Under the pieces are notes generated by a model. It did not search any database and was not told where the DNA came from. It saw only the letters and a list, made by a program, of their open reading frames with translations. Below are positions 53,001 through 64,000 of a stretch of 64,000 bases of DNA, in pieces. The stretch spans positions 17,343,432-17,407,431 of the forward strand of contig NC_092679.1 of assembly GCF_964355755.1 (NCBI RefSeq), read 5' to 3'. Each line of letters begins with the position of its first letter. Within the stretch, counting starts at the first letter, position 1. A program made the translations under genes and the position numbers. This DNA comes from Antedon mediterranea. Its lineage: Eukaryota > Animalia > Echinodermata.

Positions 53001-56000
53001 CGACTACTAACCTTATTAGTCTGTTTAAAGGAGAGGTCTTGCAAGCTAAAGCAAATGGTAAGCTAAAGATAGCAAAGTCAGTATAAGCCTTTCGATTTCT
53101 ATATGTTGGCCAGGAATGTGTAATTTGTTTTCCAAGGTTTACTTATTTTTTCCCAGGGATGAGGATAACTCAAATAGTCTTAATATCAAAAGGTGTGTTC
53201 TTCTTGTACTTAACTTCTTCTTTGTTTTACCAGGTGTTTGTTTGAAAATTGATTCTGTTGCTAAGTGGTTGACTTGTATCTATCGCTGTCGTGATATGGA
53301 ACATGACATATCGGAGGAACCGATTAAGGAGATTCAAGCCCTTCCCATCATTCCACTCAGCAATGGAATGTGGACAAATCTTGAAGACAAAAGTGTTTTC
53401 TTTTCATTGACTTTTGAAAATCAAAGGACTGACATTTATGCAGAGAAGAAATCTATTAAGAAACAAATGCAAGGTAATTTAAATAATGTTAATACGACTG
53501 AGGAAGAATTACAGTACTTTATCTGAATTTGGTTTAATTTTAAACAAAAATAAAGAGAATCATCACAATATAGATCAGGCATTATTGAGGACTAATGCAA
53601 ACAATAGAACTACAAAAGCCTTAACGTTAGCATAAAGATAAATTGCTACTTTATAACATTGGACCTTTGAATCTATTCATTTCAGGGAATATCCAGACAC
53701 TGGAATCAGACATGAATATTCTACATGGTGACCTTTTGACTTGTCAAGATGGTGTAGGTAATTCACAAGTTATGCTAATGATGGAGCAGTTAGGAATTTG
53801 CCACATCACCCCATATGATGTTATTCATAATCACATCTTGCCAACACTTAAATCTGAAGATTGGAAGGTAAGATAAGAATTAAGACCTATAAAATTAGCT
53901 TTTTGGCAGCTGTGGTCTTCAGTCTGATATCCCTTTTAAAGAAGAGATGGCATGAATTTGGGATAGATTTACTGCCATGTAGGCATACTGATAATGAGAT
54001 ATATTAAACTCTTGGTCAAGAGTGCACAAATCATAGAAATTGGGTAAATCAGATAACATAGATATAGACATAGATAAACTTTATTTGTATAGATAGGATA
54101 TAAAATACATTAAAAATACTTAAGAAAGAATAAGAAAGATATTAAAATACTTTTAAAATACATTAAAAATCTGATAAAACATACAAATATTGCAGCATTT
54201 AAAATACCGAATAATGATGTATAGACATTCGTTGGAAAGGGGTGAGCTAAAATAGAGAATCATGATGTTTTAAGTTTTTTTTCATTGATTTAATTGATTT
54301 TGACTTCTTTTGTGATTTTTAAAAAAAAAAGAACAAGTCACCAGCAGTGTGTGTAAGTTATGTTGTATACATCAAAGAAGAAATGCAAAATCAGCCTAAT
54401 ATTTGCAAGTGGGAAGATTTAAAGGAACTGGTACAAGTACGAACTGATAAAGGAACATTTGTGAATCCTAACAAAGAACCTGTCCACTTTACAATGAAAT
54501 ATGGTAACAAGTATGATCTTAAAAATGACTTCAAAGGTAAGTCCTGCTTTATAAACTGATATCAGTATTCCCTAATAGGTACCCCAAAAGGAAAGTGGAA
54601 CAGTCCAGGTACATCATATCTCTTCTGCTCCACGAAACATCCTCATACAGTAACCATGCTATATCAAAGAGAATGATGAAACTTCAAGTAGTTTACATAG
54701 ACTTTATAGACAACATGGTTGGTTTGTGTAATTCATAATTGAAGATACATTTTCTTTTATCCATTGCTATCACTTTTAGGAGGTGAATGGACTTTTTTGG
54801 ATGAATGTTACCTAACTTGTGGAAAACGGGGAATTGGCCATGAATGGAAGATATTTTTAGAAAAACTGGGAGTTTTGAGTTTGATAGCTATTGAGAGGAA
54901 AACACTAACACTACAGAAGTGTGCTATGGTAGGTTTGGATGGCAATAATCTGATGGTTTCTCTAATTTCAAAATTTTTCTGCAACTATAATTCACAATTC
55001 TTTAAAAAAATGTTAAATCCACAAATATGAAAGTTACTAAACTATTTACTTTTCTATTCTAAATTCGAAATCCATACTTTTTTCATAAATTTACAAATGT
55101 GAACACCAAAGTCTTTGTTCAAAATACAGCTGTTACACTTGATAAATCAAAAATTTCAATTCTAGTTTGAAGTTCAAAACAAAATTTGTTTTCATATTCA
55201 TTGTAATGTGTGTATTTATGACAAATTTTTGAAACAATGTCTCCCATACAATGATTATTATTTTGTAGCATATTAATTATAATAATTCAATATTTCTGTT
55301 TAGGATTCATCAGTTTGGGTTCAGGAATATGATAAGTGGCCAGTATCAAGTGATGGTTGTTATCACATTGAAGATTGTCGGAGCAAAGAACTAGAGACAC
55401 TTATTGAAAATAACACAAAGAGCAATAATCCTAGTAGTAGTAAAGTTATGGTAAACTTGCTAAATATGCTGGGAAAAGAGTGGAACTACTTCAGGGAATT
55501 TACCAATGCCTTTGTGGTTATCGACAACGACAGAAAGAGACAAATTGATTCCAGCTTTGCAAAGTTGTTACTGAAGTCCTCCTGGATTCCCACAACATCA
55601 GTAATTAATCCAGATGGAAGTAGAACAGATAATCGACTACTCCCACCAAATCAGGCTTTCCTTTTTTCAACAAGACTATACGCGTTTTTAAATAACCATG
55701 TTCCGTACTTAGAAGGTAGGAATCTGGAGAATGTAGAACTGAAGAACTTCTTGCAGATGAAAGGAGAGAATAAAATTGAAGATATCAATTTTATTTACAG
55801 CATGCTTCAAGAATGGTGTACAAGAGGAAAAGACTACAAACCAGATGAAAAAATGAAGTCTGGAGCGACATTTGCCACATCCATTGATCATATGTTCCAG
55901 GTTTACATTCATCTACAACTTCACTCACCTCCAGACAAGCTTGAAACATTTTTTGCTAGCTTTCCGGCTATTTTTGTGCCTACACAACCATGTTATTCAA

Positions 56001-59000
56001 GGAATATTGCCCGGAAAATTGTCATTGGAACATTTGTTTCTAAATCAATGACATATTGGGAAGATCCCATCCAACTATTTCAGACCTACTCTAGCTTGGA
56101 TAAGCATTCTCTTTCAGGAATATATGAAGAAAGGTCAGATTTCTTTCAGAGGCACATTAAAGTAGATGATACACCTAATATGCTTGAATATCTACAGCTG
56201 CTAGTAAAGATTTCGAGTGAAAATGAGTTGCCCAATAAAGTTGTTCATTCTCACGTCCTAAAAATCTTTGGAATCCTCGGTGAAAAATGTGCTATTTCCG
56301 GTTCTACATATCATGTACCTACTGACCTTGACACAACCAGGGCTGCGTTCTTGAAGAGCAATTTGAAAAGTTACAAAGTTTTTCCAACGAAGGCTAATAA
56401 ATGGGTTTGTCTTGAAGACCAACCTATGATAGCCGATGAAGGCTCGCAAGAGATGGAGGAAATGTTTGCATCCGAACCTTGTGTCAATTTACTTTTATTA
56501 GATGATAGTAGTAGCGGGAATGTAAGACAAAAACGAAGAAATGATGCACAAGGAATGCCTAAGCAAGAAAATATCCAGCGTTTTCTTAAGGCATGTGGAG
56601 TAAAGCATCTGTCGGAGTGCATGGAACAAGAGCCAATCCAGGAAAATACTAAACTATGTCCAAAACTACAAAATGTAATGCATCGCATTGTTCCATATAT
56701 TCAAACGTTCCTGTTTTCAAATTTTGAAGAAGTGCATCAAATACTTGTGGAAGACTTCAAGATAAAATCAAAACTGAAAATCATGAATTTTATGACTGCT
56801 GACCGACTTGAAGTTGCTTATCGACTTCTAGACTACTCCAAAGAGAAAGTAATAGCTGCAAAAATTCCTAAGAAGAGTTGTGCAATATCAAAAAATTTCT
56901 ACATAAATAAATCACTAGAGAACAGTGTTGAGACAGATAATTCAGTAAGGAAAGAAATTGCTAGATTCTTTAGCTGTAGCAATCATACATGTCAGAAAGA
57001 GCTCCAGAGATTTCTTATACTGGTAATGCAGCAGTCAGAAGGTATTGGTAAAGATTTTATAAAACAAGAAGGTTTATCAAGACTGGATGAAGGAGTTGAG
57101 CTGTGGGCAGTTGAGAAAGCTGAAGAACCTAAGCCTATTCCACGTAAGTGCTGTAATAATAAATTATAATTTTGATACCGTGGAGTATTTATACAATGCA
57201 TGATTCTGGTTGGCTAATTAAAAACACCTAAACTGACATTGTAAAATGTAGATAAAGTATTGTAATGTACATTTATACTATTATTATTATTCACTTTCTA
57301 TTATAGCCCCTCCAAAGCCTGTGAAAGTAGAACCATTGGTTAAAGAAGATGCAAATTCAGCCAAGCCTATCGAAAAAGATAATGGAGGCATTCACAGCTG
57401 GCCTCCAAAATCCAGTGCTTATGGAGTGATCCACACAGAAAGTAGGTTTATTCTGATATTATAGAAAACATTCATTATTTGTTTTATAACACACCTAATT
57501 TTATTCTTTTATAATTATTGGTCTTTGGAAAAAAGAATAAATTTTTATAGGAATTTCAGTTGATCATTTAAAATAAATTAAGTGTTCAGAAGCTGATCAA
57601 AATGCAGAGAAACAGATTTGGTGGTTATGATGCTTTGCTACCAATCCAAGGGTCCTGGATTCAAGTCCTGTCATAAGTCAGGATTGTTTCTAATACAAAT
57701 TACAACTCCACTCCCAAAGACTTGTAATAGACTTGTTTATGTAGAGCATCTTGTGTATATGTTTGTCTTGTGAACGGGATTGCCTTTAAGAAGGATAGTG
57801 AATGAATTCGCTTATAATTATCCTTGGCAATTTAATTTGCCTAAATATATAAAAACAAAACAGAGGGCAATGCTATTTAGTATTCTGGCCATTATTGAAA
57901 TATTATAAAATACAAGGTCTTTTGATGATATACACAAAACTTCAACCTGATAACTTGAAAATTGTGGATGTTGCGACCAAACAAACATACAAGCCAGTAA
58001 ACTTACTTGGTATTTTGCCAAATAATTGAATTTGTCAAGTTCACAAATATTATAATATAATTATTAATATTATTATTTTATTTTTTCAGAAGGAAAGAAT
58101 ACTGCTGAAGAAGCATCTTTGAAACATTGGCCACCACCACAACCAGCCCAGGTTCAACTAGATACACAGCCAAGGCAAATTGTTAATCTACAAGAAAATG
58201 GTAATCTGAATTTTATGTTACGTTTTTCTTAATATCAGCCATCTACCACCCAACTCAGAATGGTAAAAGAAGAAAAAAACACCCTCTATATACTTGTATC
58301 TGGGGAAGGATCCCCAGTTAGCCTTTAACAGGAGAGATAAACTAAATATATTTTTGCTTTTAGATCTGAAAACTACAACAAAAGAAGCATCATTAGAACA
58401 CTCACCTCAACCAGGTCATTCACAGCTAAATCATATGCAACAACCAACAACACGAGTGAATGAACAAGGTACATTGTATATTCAGTGTAAACTTGAGTAA
58501 TAAACGTAAATAAGCTTAGAGAGGTGTATTTTTTCTTACATCTATATACAGTAGTAAAACTAATTTTAATGTTTGTACCCCTTGAAAATAATGCATTGTA
58601 ACAGCTCACTATACAGTATTTTCCGATTTTTTAAATCAGCATAATTAAATCACACAGAGCCAACTGAGTTTTATGCATAACAGTATTTTTATTTCTTGAA
58701 TTGATTCAATCATTGAAGTTGTAGGAATGTGTGACTTCACAAACGACATAAAACTATTTTGAAATATTGTGTTATATTTTTAATAGACATACAAGATTTT
58801 AGAGGACTCAATAGAATTCCAAACTCAAACATAGAAAGACAAGTTAATGATGGTCAGCCACAAACTACAACAAATCCTGGTAATTTGTTTGGCAATACCC
58901 AGCAGACAGCTATTGCTGCCAGTAGTATGAATTCTCATCCAGGTATAGCTGGCACATATGGCATGGAAAAACTGCCAAATTTAGAGAATAAATCTATGGA

Positions 59001-59601
59001 AGGTAGGCCTTCTCATGTAGCTGACCTACCAGTTCATAATTTGCCTAGGCCAGTCCACACTGAAGGTTCACAATTTCAAACACCACCAAACCCTCAAAGA
59101 ACTGTGCATAGCGGTATGTTCAGTGGGTCACTTTCTACTGCTGTTGAGTTAGTTGAAGAAGAACTGAAACCTGATCTTCTTGATTTATCACTCCCTGATC
59201 ATGATGCCCTTAACAACCAACCAAGCCCTAAAGACGAACTTGTAGGAAAATATGGAGAAAAACTTGTTTATCATCTGTTAAAGAATCAGTACGATGATAA
59301 TGCAACTGTACGTTGGGTCAATGAAGAATATGAAACCGGTTTACCATACGACATTGAAATTCAAACAGTTGGAGAAAAAGCCTGCATAGAATACGTGGAA
59401 GTAAAAGCTACAAATTCTTCAGAGAAGAAATTCTTTGAAATTTCTTCCAACGAAGTTGCATTTGCGCAGCAACAAATGCCTAACTACCACCTATATCGTG
59501 TTTACAATACTTTAAGAAAAGAAAGTGTTAGAGTTTGCCATTTGAAAAATCTAGGTGATAAAATGAATAGAAGACAAGTGGTATTGTTAATGAAAATTTA
59601 A
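44091..59601 (+). CDS. NOV: Protein NO VEIN-like: probable LOTUS/OST-HTH, sacsin/NOV GHKL ATPase, C-terminal DUF3883 (NOV_C) nuclease; ~3080 aa
   Basis: 26 phase-consistent coding exons: 44091-46025, 46246-46699, 46870-47036, 47241-47366, 47880-48049, 48451-48653, 48946-49301, 49483-49734, 49911-50052, 50136-50696, 50878-51058, 51210-51345, 51705-51830, 51927-52074, 52236-52348, 52483-52639, 52824-53057, 53234-53473, 53686-53867, 54332-54536, 54780-54928, 55304-57143, 57307-57441, 58090-58200, 58364-58468, 58787-59601 (sum 9243 nt). Motifs: LY..DTHFVLELVQNADDN, NNERGFS, GKSTK...GYIGHKGIGFKSVF, VFAYLPLRSYGFKFIIQGDF..PSSRE, PLL.D...WSQW, and C-terminal GKYGE...W.N...E...PYDI...YVEVKAT. Confidence 0.93.
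51415..51523. mobile_element. MITE family A copy in a NOV intron
   Basis: Near-perfect palindrome aagctctgtctacactatcaaactttat...ataaagtttgatagtgtagacagagctt. Confidence 0.9.
57610..57820 (+). mobile_element. Degenerate tRNA-headed SINE in a NOV intron
   Basis: 'tggtggttatgatgc...ggtcctggattcaagtcctg' resembles decayed A and B boxes; boundaries approximate. Confidence 0.4.
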
Positions 59602-60972
59602 TATAAGCATAAAATCATGTTATGTAGTAATTGTTATTGCTAGCCAATTTAAGTGGTATATTTTTTACGGCTGCCAAACCTTTTTTATACTGTAAGTTCT
59701 GTCACATGCCAAAACAAGTTTACCTGTACAGGTAAATTTTTTACTGTATATCTCATCTTCAAAATAGTATAAGGATATGCTAAGGATGCACACCTTTTAG
59801 TGCGGAAGTTGCTTTACCATACTTCGCATGCACTGTACACATTTTCGCAAACACAACATATGGATGTTATGTTCACACTATTGTCTAGGTGTATCTTCTC
59901 TGCACTACTCTGATGTTTTATGACGTATAACATGCATTTTAAGTGTACATTGATATTGATAGTCATTCATATTTCACTTTATATTGTACTAGAAGTATTT
60001 TTTAGTCATAAATAAAAGTATATATAAGTATTAATATGTCAAAATAAAATCCATTTAATATTCTAGCCAGACAAGGCCCTAATACAAATCAGTTTAATGT
60101 AGCATATTAGCCGAGGCCTGGCTGTATAAACTAGGATAATACCTTCTATAAACTTCACTAGGCCTTTCTAATCTCACCTAGGCCAGTTAGTAGGTTGCCA
60201 GCCTAGCTTTCTTAGCTGGCTATATTGGATAATACATTATAACATAGACTTACTACTTGCTAAGCCTTAATTCCAATCTTAGCTCTAGGCCTAGGCTAGT
60301 TGCAGAAGTTAACCAGCCTATATAGGCCTTTTCTAGGCTAAACGTACTAGAGTAGGCTGGCCTAGCTTAATATTATTAAAACATTACAAATTGGGCCTAC
60401 CTTCTACTCCAAGTTTGGCAATAATTTGCTAGTGGCATTTAGCCTTCTATTTTTGTAGTCTGGTAACTTTGCATTGTAATGTTTTTCCTAAAATAGTCTC
60501 TTAAATCTTGATTGTAAATCTTAGAACCCCGCTTAGAACTTAGACGACTACAGCACTTTGATTAAGTTTTGTCGTCTGACAAAATATCTTTAGGCCTACT
60601 CTGATTGGTTGAATCTTCAGACTTCTCACGTACAGACGTGTCTAAAATAAATAAGTACGTACGATACGATACAATAATATTGTTTGTCATTTTAACAACA
60701 AGGTACAAATGAAATTGTGTTTGTTGACGACACTACATTGTTGTTATTATGCTTAACATACATTTTTCATTATTGTCAGTATAGTATATACATATAGTCG
60801 TGAGTACTAATTATGAGTATTTAAAATATGTATTGTCCCCATGAACATTGAAGATTAATAAAAATAAAACTCTGAATAGGCATTTTTTGCAGATTTAATC
60901 CTAGTTATAAAGAATATTTTTTGCTTTATTACATTTTTCAGGGATTTTTTTTAATCCAATTTTTTTTAAAAG

Positions 60973-61260
60973 TTGAAACTATTGTGACATTAAAATGGCA
61001 TATTCGAAAACAAAAGTTTAAAAAACAGTTAGTAATTAGGTTTCTAAAATGTTTAATATAAGATATTAATACAGTGTAAATTATAATGACTTTGTTGACG
61101 AGTATATAATAATTAATAATAATGAATGTTGAAACTATTATGAGACATTAAAATGGCATATTCGAAAAAAAAAGAGTGAAAAAAAAACAGTTAGTAATTA
61201 AGTTTCTAAAATGTTTAATATAAGATATTAATAAAGTGTAAATTAGAATGACTTTGTTGA
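60973..61260. repeat. Direct duplication, ~155 bp period
   Basis: 'gttgaaactatt...gacattaaaatggcatattcgaaaa...aatgactttgttgac' occurs twice. Confidence 0.9.
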
Positions 61261-61805
61261 CCCACCGCTAAGCGGCATTTGTTTTTTGATAGTGAGTATA
61301 TAATAATAATTAATAATAATTGTGAATATTGACAATATAAACATTGTACATTTACATTAATGGATCGGTAAATGTAAATTCGCTATAGTTAGTACAACAG
61401 ATGGTTTAATTATAATATAAGATATCAGGTGTCATTCGGTCATTATCAAGAAATAATCTATTTATAATCATAAATACTCAGTCAAAATGTAATGATGATA
61501 AAATACCGTAAAAGTAAAACAAAATCGCTCAAAGCGAAACATAGAAGTTTGTGCTTAATAATAAGAAATATGTTAATTTTTATAACGTTTTCACTTTAGT
61601 TTAAGTTTACTTTCATGCACTTTTTAGAATATGACTGGTTATTTTTAGTTTAGTAGTGGAGTTTATAGCATAACCCCTATTAAGGGGACACATTCAGGCC
61701 CAAGTGTCTCCTGAATAGAGGCTGGCCGTATATTAAAAGATATATTGTTTCTCATTCGTTTTACAGAAGTGTCCCCTCGGTAGTGGTGTCTCTGAATACA
61801 AGTGT

Positions 61806-62052
61806 CCCAAATTCAATTTTTTACCTTATCTTTGTCATTCTTTTCTACCAGCTCCCATCACCATATACGTACATATATGTTCATTATTGTTATTAATTAC
61901 AAAAACTTCCCAAATTCAATTTTTGACCTTATCTTTGCCATTCTTTTCTACCAGCTCCCATCACCATATACGTACATATATGTTCATTATTGTTATTAAT
62001 TACTAAACTTTCCTGGTGTTATTATTAATATTAATATCTTGATAGTCTTATT

Positions 62053-62083
<31 letters not shown>

Positions 62084-62412
62084 TTACCATATTTACTGAG
62101 GGTAGCCTATCCAGTTCCTAATAGAACTGATCATTCAGGGCCCTCGATAAAACAAACATACAGTACAACACATAAAACATTCTTTTCTACCAGCTCCCAT
62201 CACCATATACGTACATATATGTTCATTATTGTTATTAATTACTAAACTTTCCTGGTGTTATTATTAATATTAATATCTTGATAGTCTTATTTTATTTATT
62301 TATTTATTTATTTATTTATTACCATATTTACTGAGGGTAGCCTATCCAGTTCCTAATAGAACTGATCATTCAGGGCCCTCGATAAAACAAACATACAGTA
62401 CAACACATAAAA
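61806..62412. repeat. Nested tandem duplications (~103 bp and ~239 bp periods) including a LINE tail
   Basis: 'ttcttttctaccagctcccatcaccatatacg' occurs three times (~61838, 61941, 62180); the (TTTA)n tail plus adjacent LINE 3'UTR occurs twice. Confidence 0.9.
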
Positions 62413-63755
62413 TATTAAATATTCAAATGACATAAAATATATTAAAGGCTTAAAAATTTACAATGATTATATAAAATTCATATAAAAGTTAAAATCGTTG
62501 ACAGAAAAAAAAATATATATATATATATACATAGTACGAACAATATTATCTGGAAATAAATAGTTTAAGGAAACGTGTAAAGGAAATAACATTTTCAGAT
62601 TGTCGAATGATTTTAGGAATCATATTAAAATACATAGGCGCTTTATAACTGAAACATTGTTTAAAAATCTCTAAAGAAGGTCGAGGAATAAAATAATTAC
62701 AATTAGAGATGGATCTGGTAGTAGGTCGACCTCCGGGCTGAGTCCTGGTTAACATGCGACTGATGTAATCCGGACGGAACGGTATTGATGGAAGCCCGAT
62801 AGGCGAGACAACCAAGTTGAAACTGATAACGTTGAGAAACGGATGAGATAGAAATGGTGTTATCAATAAGGTGGGATGGGGTATGAGGGTGAACTTTCAA
62901 GATAACTCTTTTAGACTTTGGACTTTAGCAACGAGTGGTGCTCGTGAGCCCCAGAGAGAACAACAATAGTCAATATGAGGTAAGACAAGAGCATTGTATA
63001 ACATAAGAGATGTAGCTTGGTGGACAAATTTTCGAGTTCGGGCGAGGATGGAGATAGAGGAACTTAATTTGTTGCACAACTTATCAACGTGCGGAATAAA
63101 AGTAAGATGATAGTCAAGAATGATGCCAAGATGCTTATGTTGGGTAACCTGTTTGATAGGTAAGTTGCTAATAGAAACATTTATAGGCCCGAGTAAAGAA
63201 AGCCTTTGTGGCGTTCCAATTACCATCACTTCAGTTTTTTTAGTATTGAGCGCAAGACTATTAGCTAGAAGCCAAGTGGAGATTTTATCCAAGTCAAAAT
63301 TAAGATTGGTTACAATATCGTCTACCTTATCGCTAGAATTGTAAATTATGGTATCATCATCAGCAAACATATCCATTGAAGAGTACGATAAACAATTGGG
63401 GAGATCATTTATGTATATGGAGAATAACAGTGACCCAAGGTTGGATCCTTGAGGTATACCAGCGTTGACATTAATAGATGAAGATATAGTTGATTTATAA
63501 CAGACATGTTGCTGACGTCCAGTAAGATAGGATGTAAACCATTTCACAGACGATTCAGAAAAACCATAAAAGGGAAGTTTACGTAACAGAATTTCGTAGT
63601 TTACAAGATCGAAAGCTTTCCTTAGATCAATAAAAACTGAACCAATGATTTTACCTTCATTAATACTGTGGATCCAGCTGTCATGAGTTTTAGTAATAGC
63701 AGTGAGTGTAGAGTAAGACTTTATAAGTCCATGACACTTTAGCAATAACATTTAT
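62288..63755 (-). mobile_element. 5'-truncated, frameshifted CR1/L2-group LINE reverse transcriptase
   Basis: ORF 63751-62897 with FIDLRKAFD, GIPQGSNLG, MFADD, KHLG and LYNALVLPHIDYC; continuation in other frames; (TAAA)n tail. Confidence 0.92.
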
Positions 63756-64000
63756 TTTTGATAATGTGCAGTAGAATTTAATACGTCGTTACGAACATTG
63801 CGTGATTACCGTGGTTCAAATGCATTAAATTTGATCATACAAAAATACTTAGATGTCTTTCTGTTATTGCTTACCATATTTGAGCATCACTACCGTTTTT
63901 GGAACATCACACTTTGTCAGTTTGATAGAGCGGCAGTAATGGGTAAGTTCATAAGAAATAAAACCGTAATAAACGTACGTAAGAAATCAGTTTCGTCAAG

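Noticed and set aside
44091-59601. Separate ORFs as a multi-gene prokaryote-like defence operon
   Set aside because: They splice into one continuous reading frame through consistent introns.

Overview
AT-rich, intron-containing invertebrate animal DNA. The lineage cannot be fixed from this window. Gene order: (1) the 5' half of a protein kinase D gene on the - strand, running off the left edge; (2) a small two-exon COA4 gene (-) absent from the ORF track; (3) three tandem paralogous + strand genes, each joining a variable array of 6, 16 or 9 copies of a ~35-aa 'Y-x-D-N-x-x-N-R-x-x-G-R-x-G' repeat to an intact non-RD (HCD) TKL-type kinase; (4) a 26-coding-exon, ~3080-aa NO VEIN-like gene (+) with a probable N-terminal LOTUS domain, a sacsin/NOV GHKL ATPase and a C-terminal DUF3883 PD-(D/E)xK nuclease. 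Kinase copies 1 and 2 have a conserved NF-kB site + TATA core promoter. Copy 3 instead lies behind a duplicated copy of the NOV promoter/first exon. The best candidate for an undescribed system is this kB-marked repeat-kinase array next to the NOV ATPase-nuclease, possibly an innate-immune locus (inference). The rest is LINE fragments, SINEs, MITEs, a tRNA-like cassette inside an inverted-repeat element, and tandem repeats. Exon models were spliced by hand from GT/AG sites and reading phase, without transcript data.
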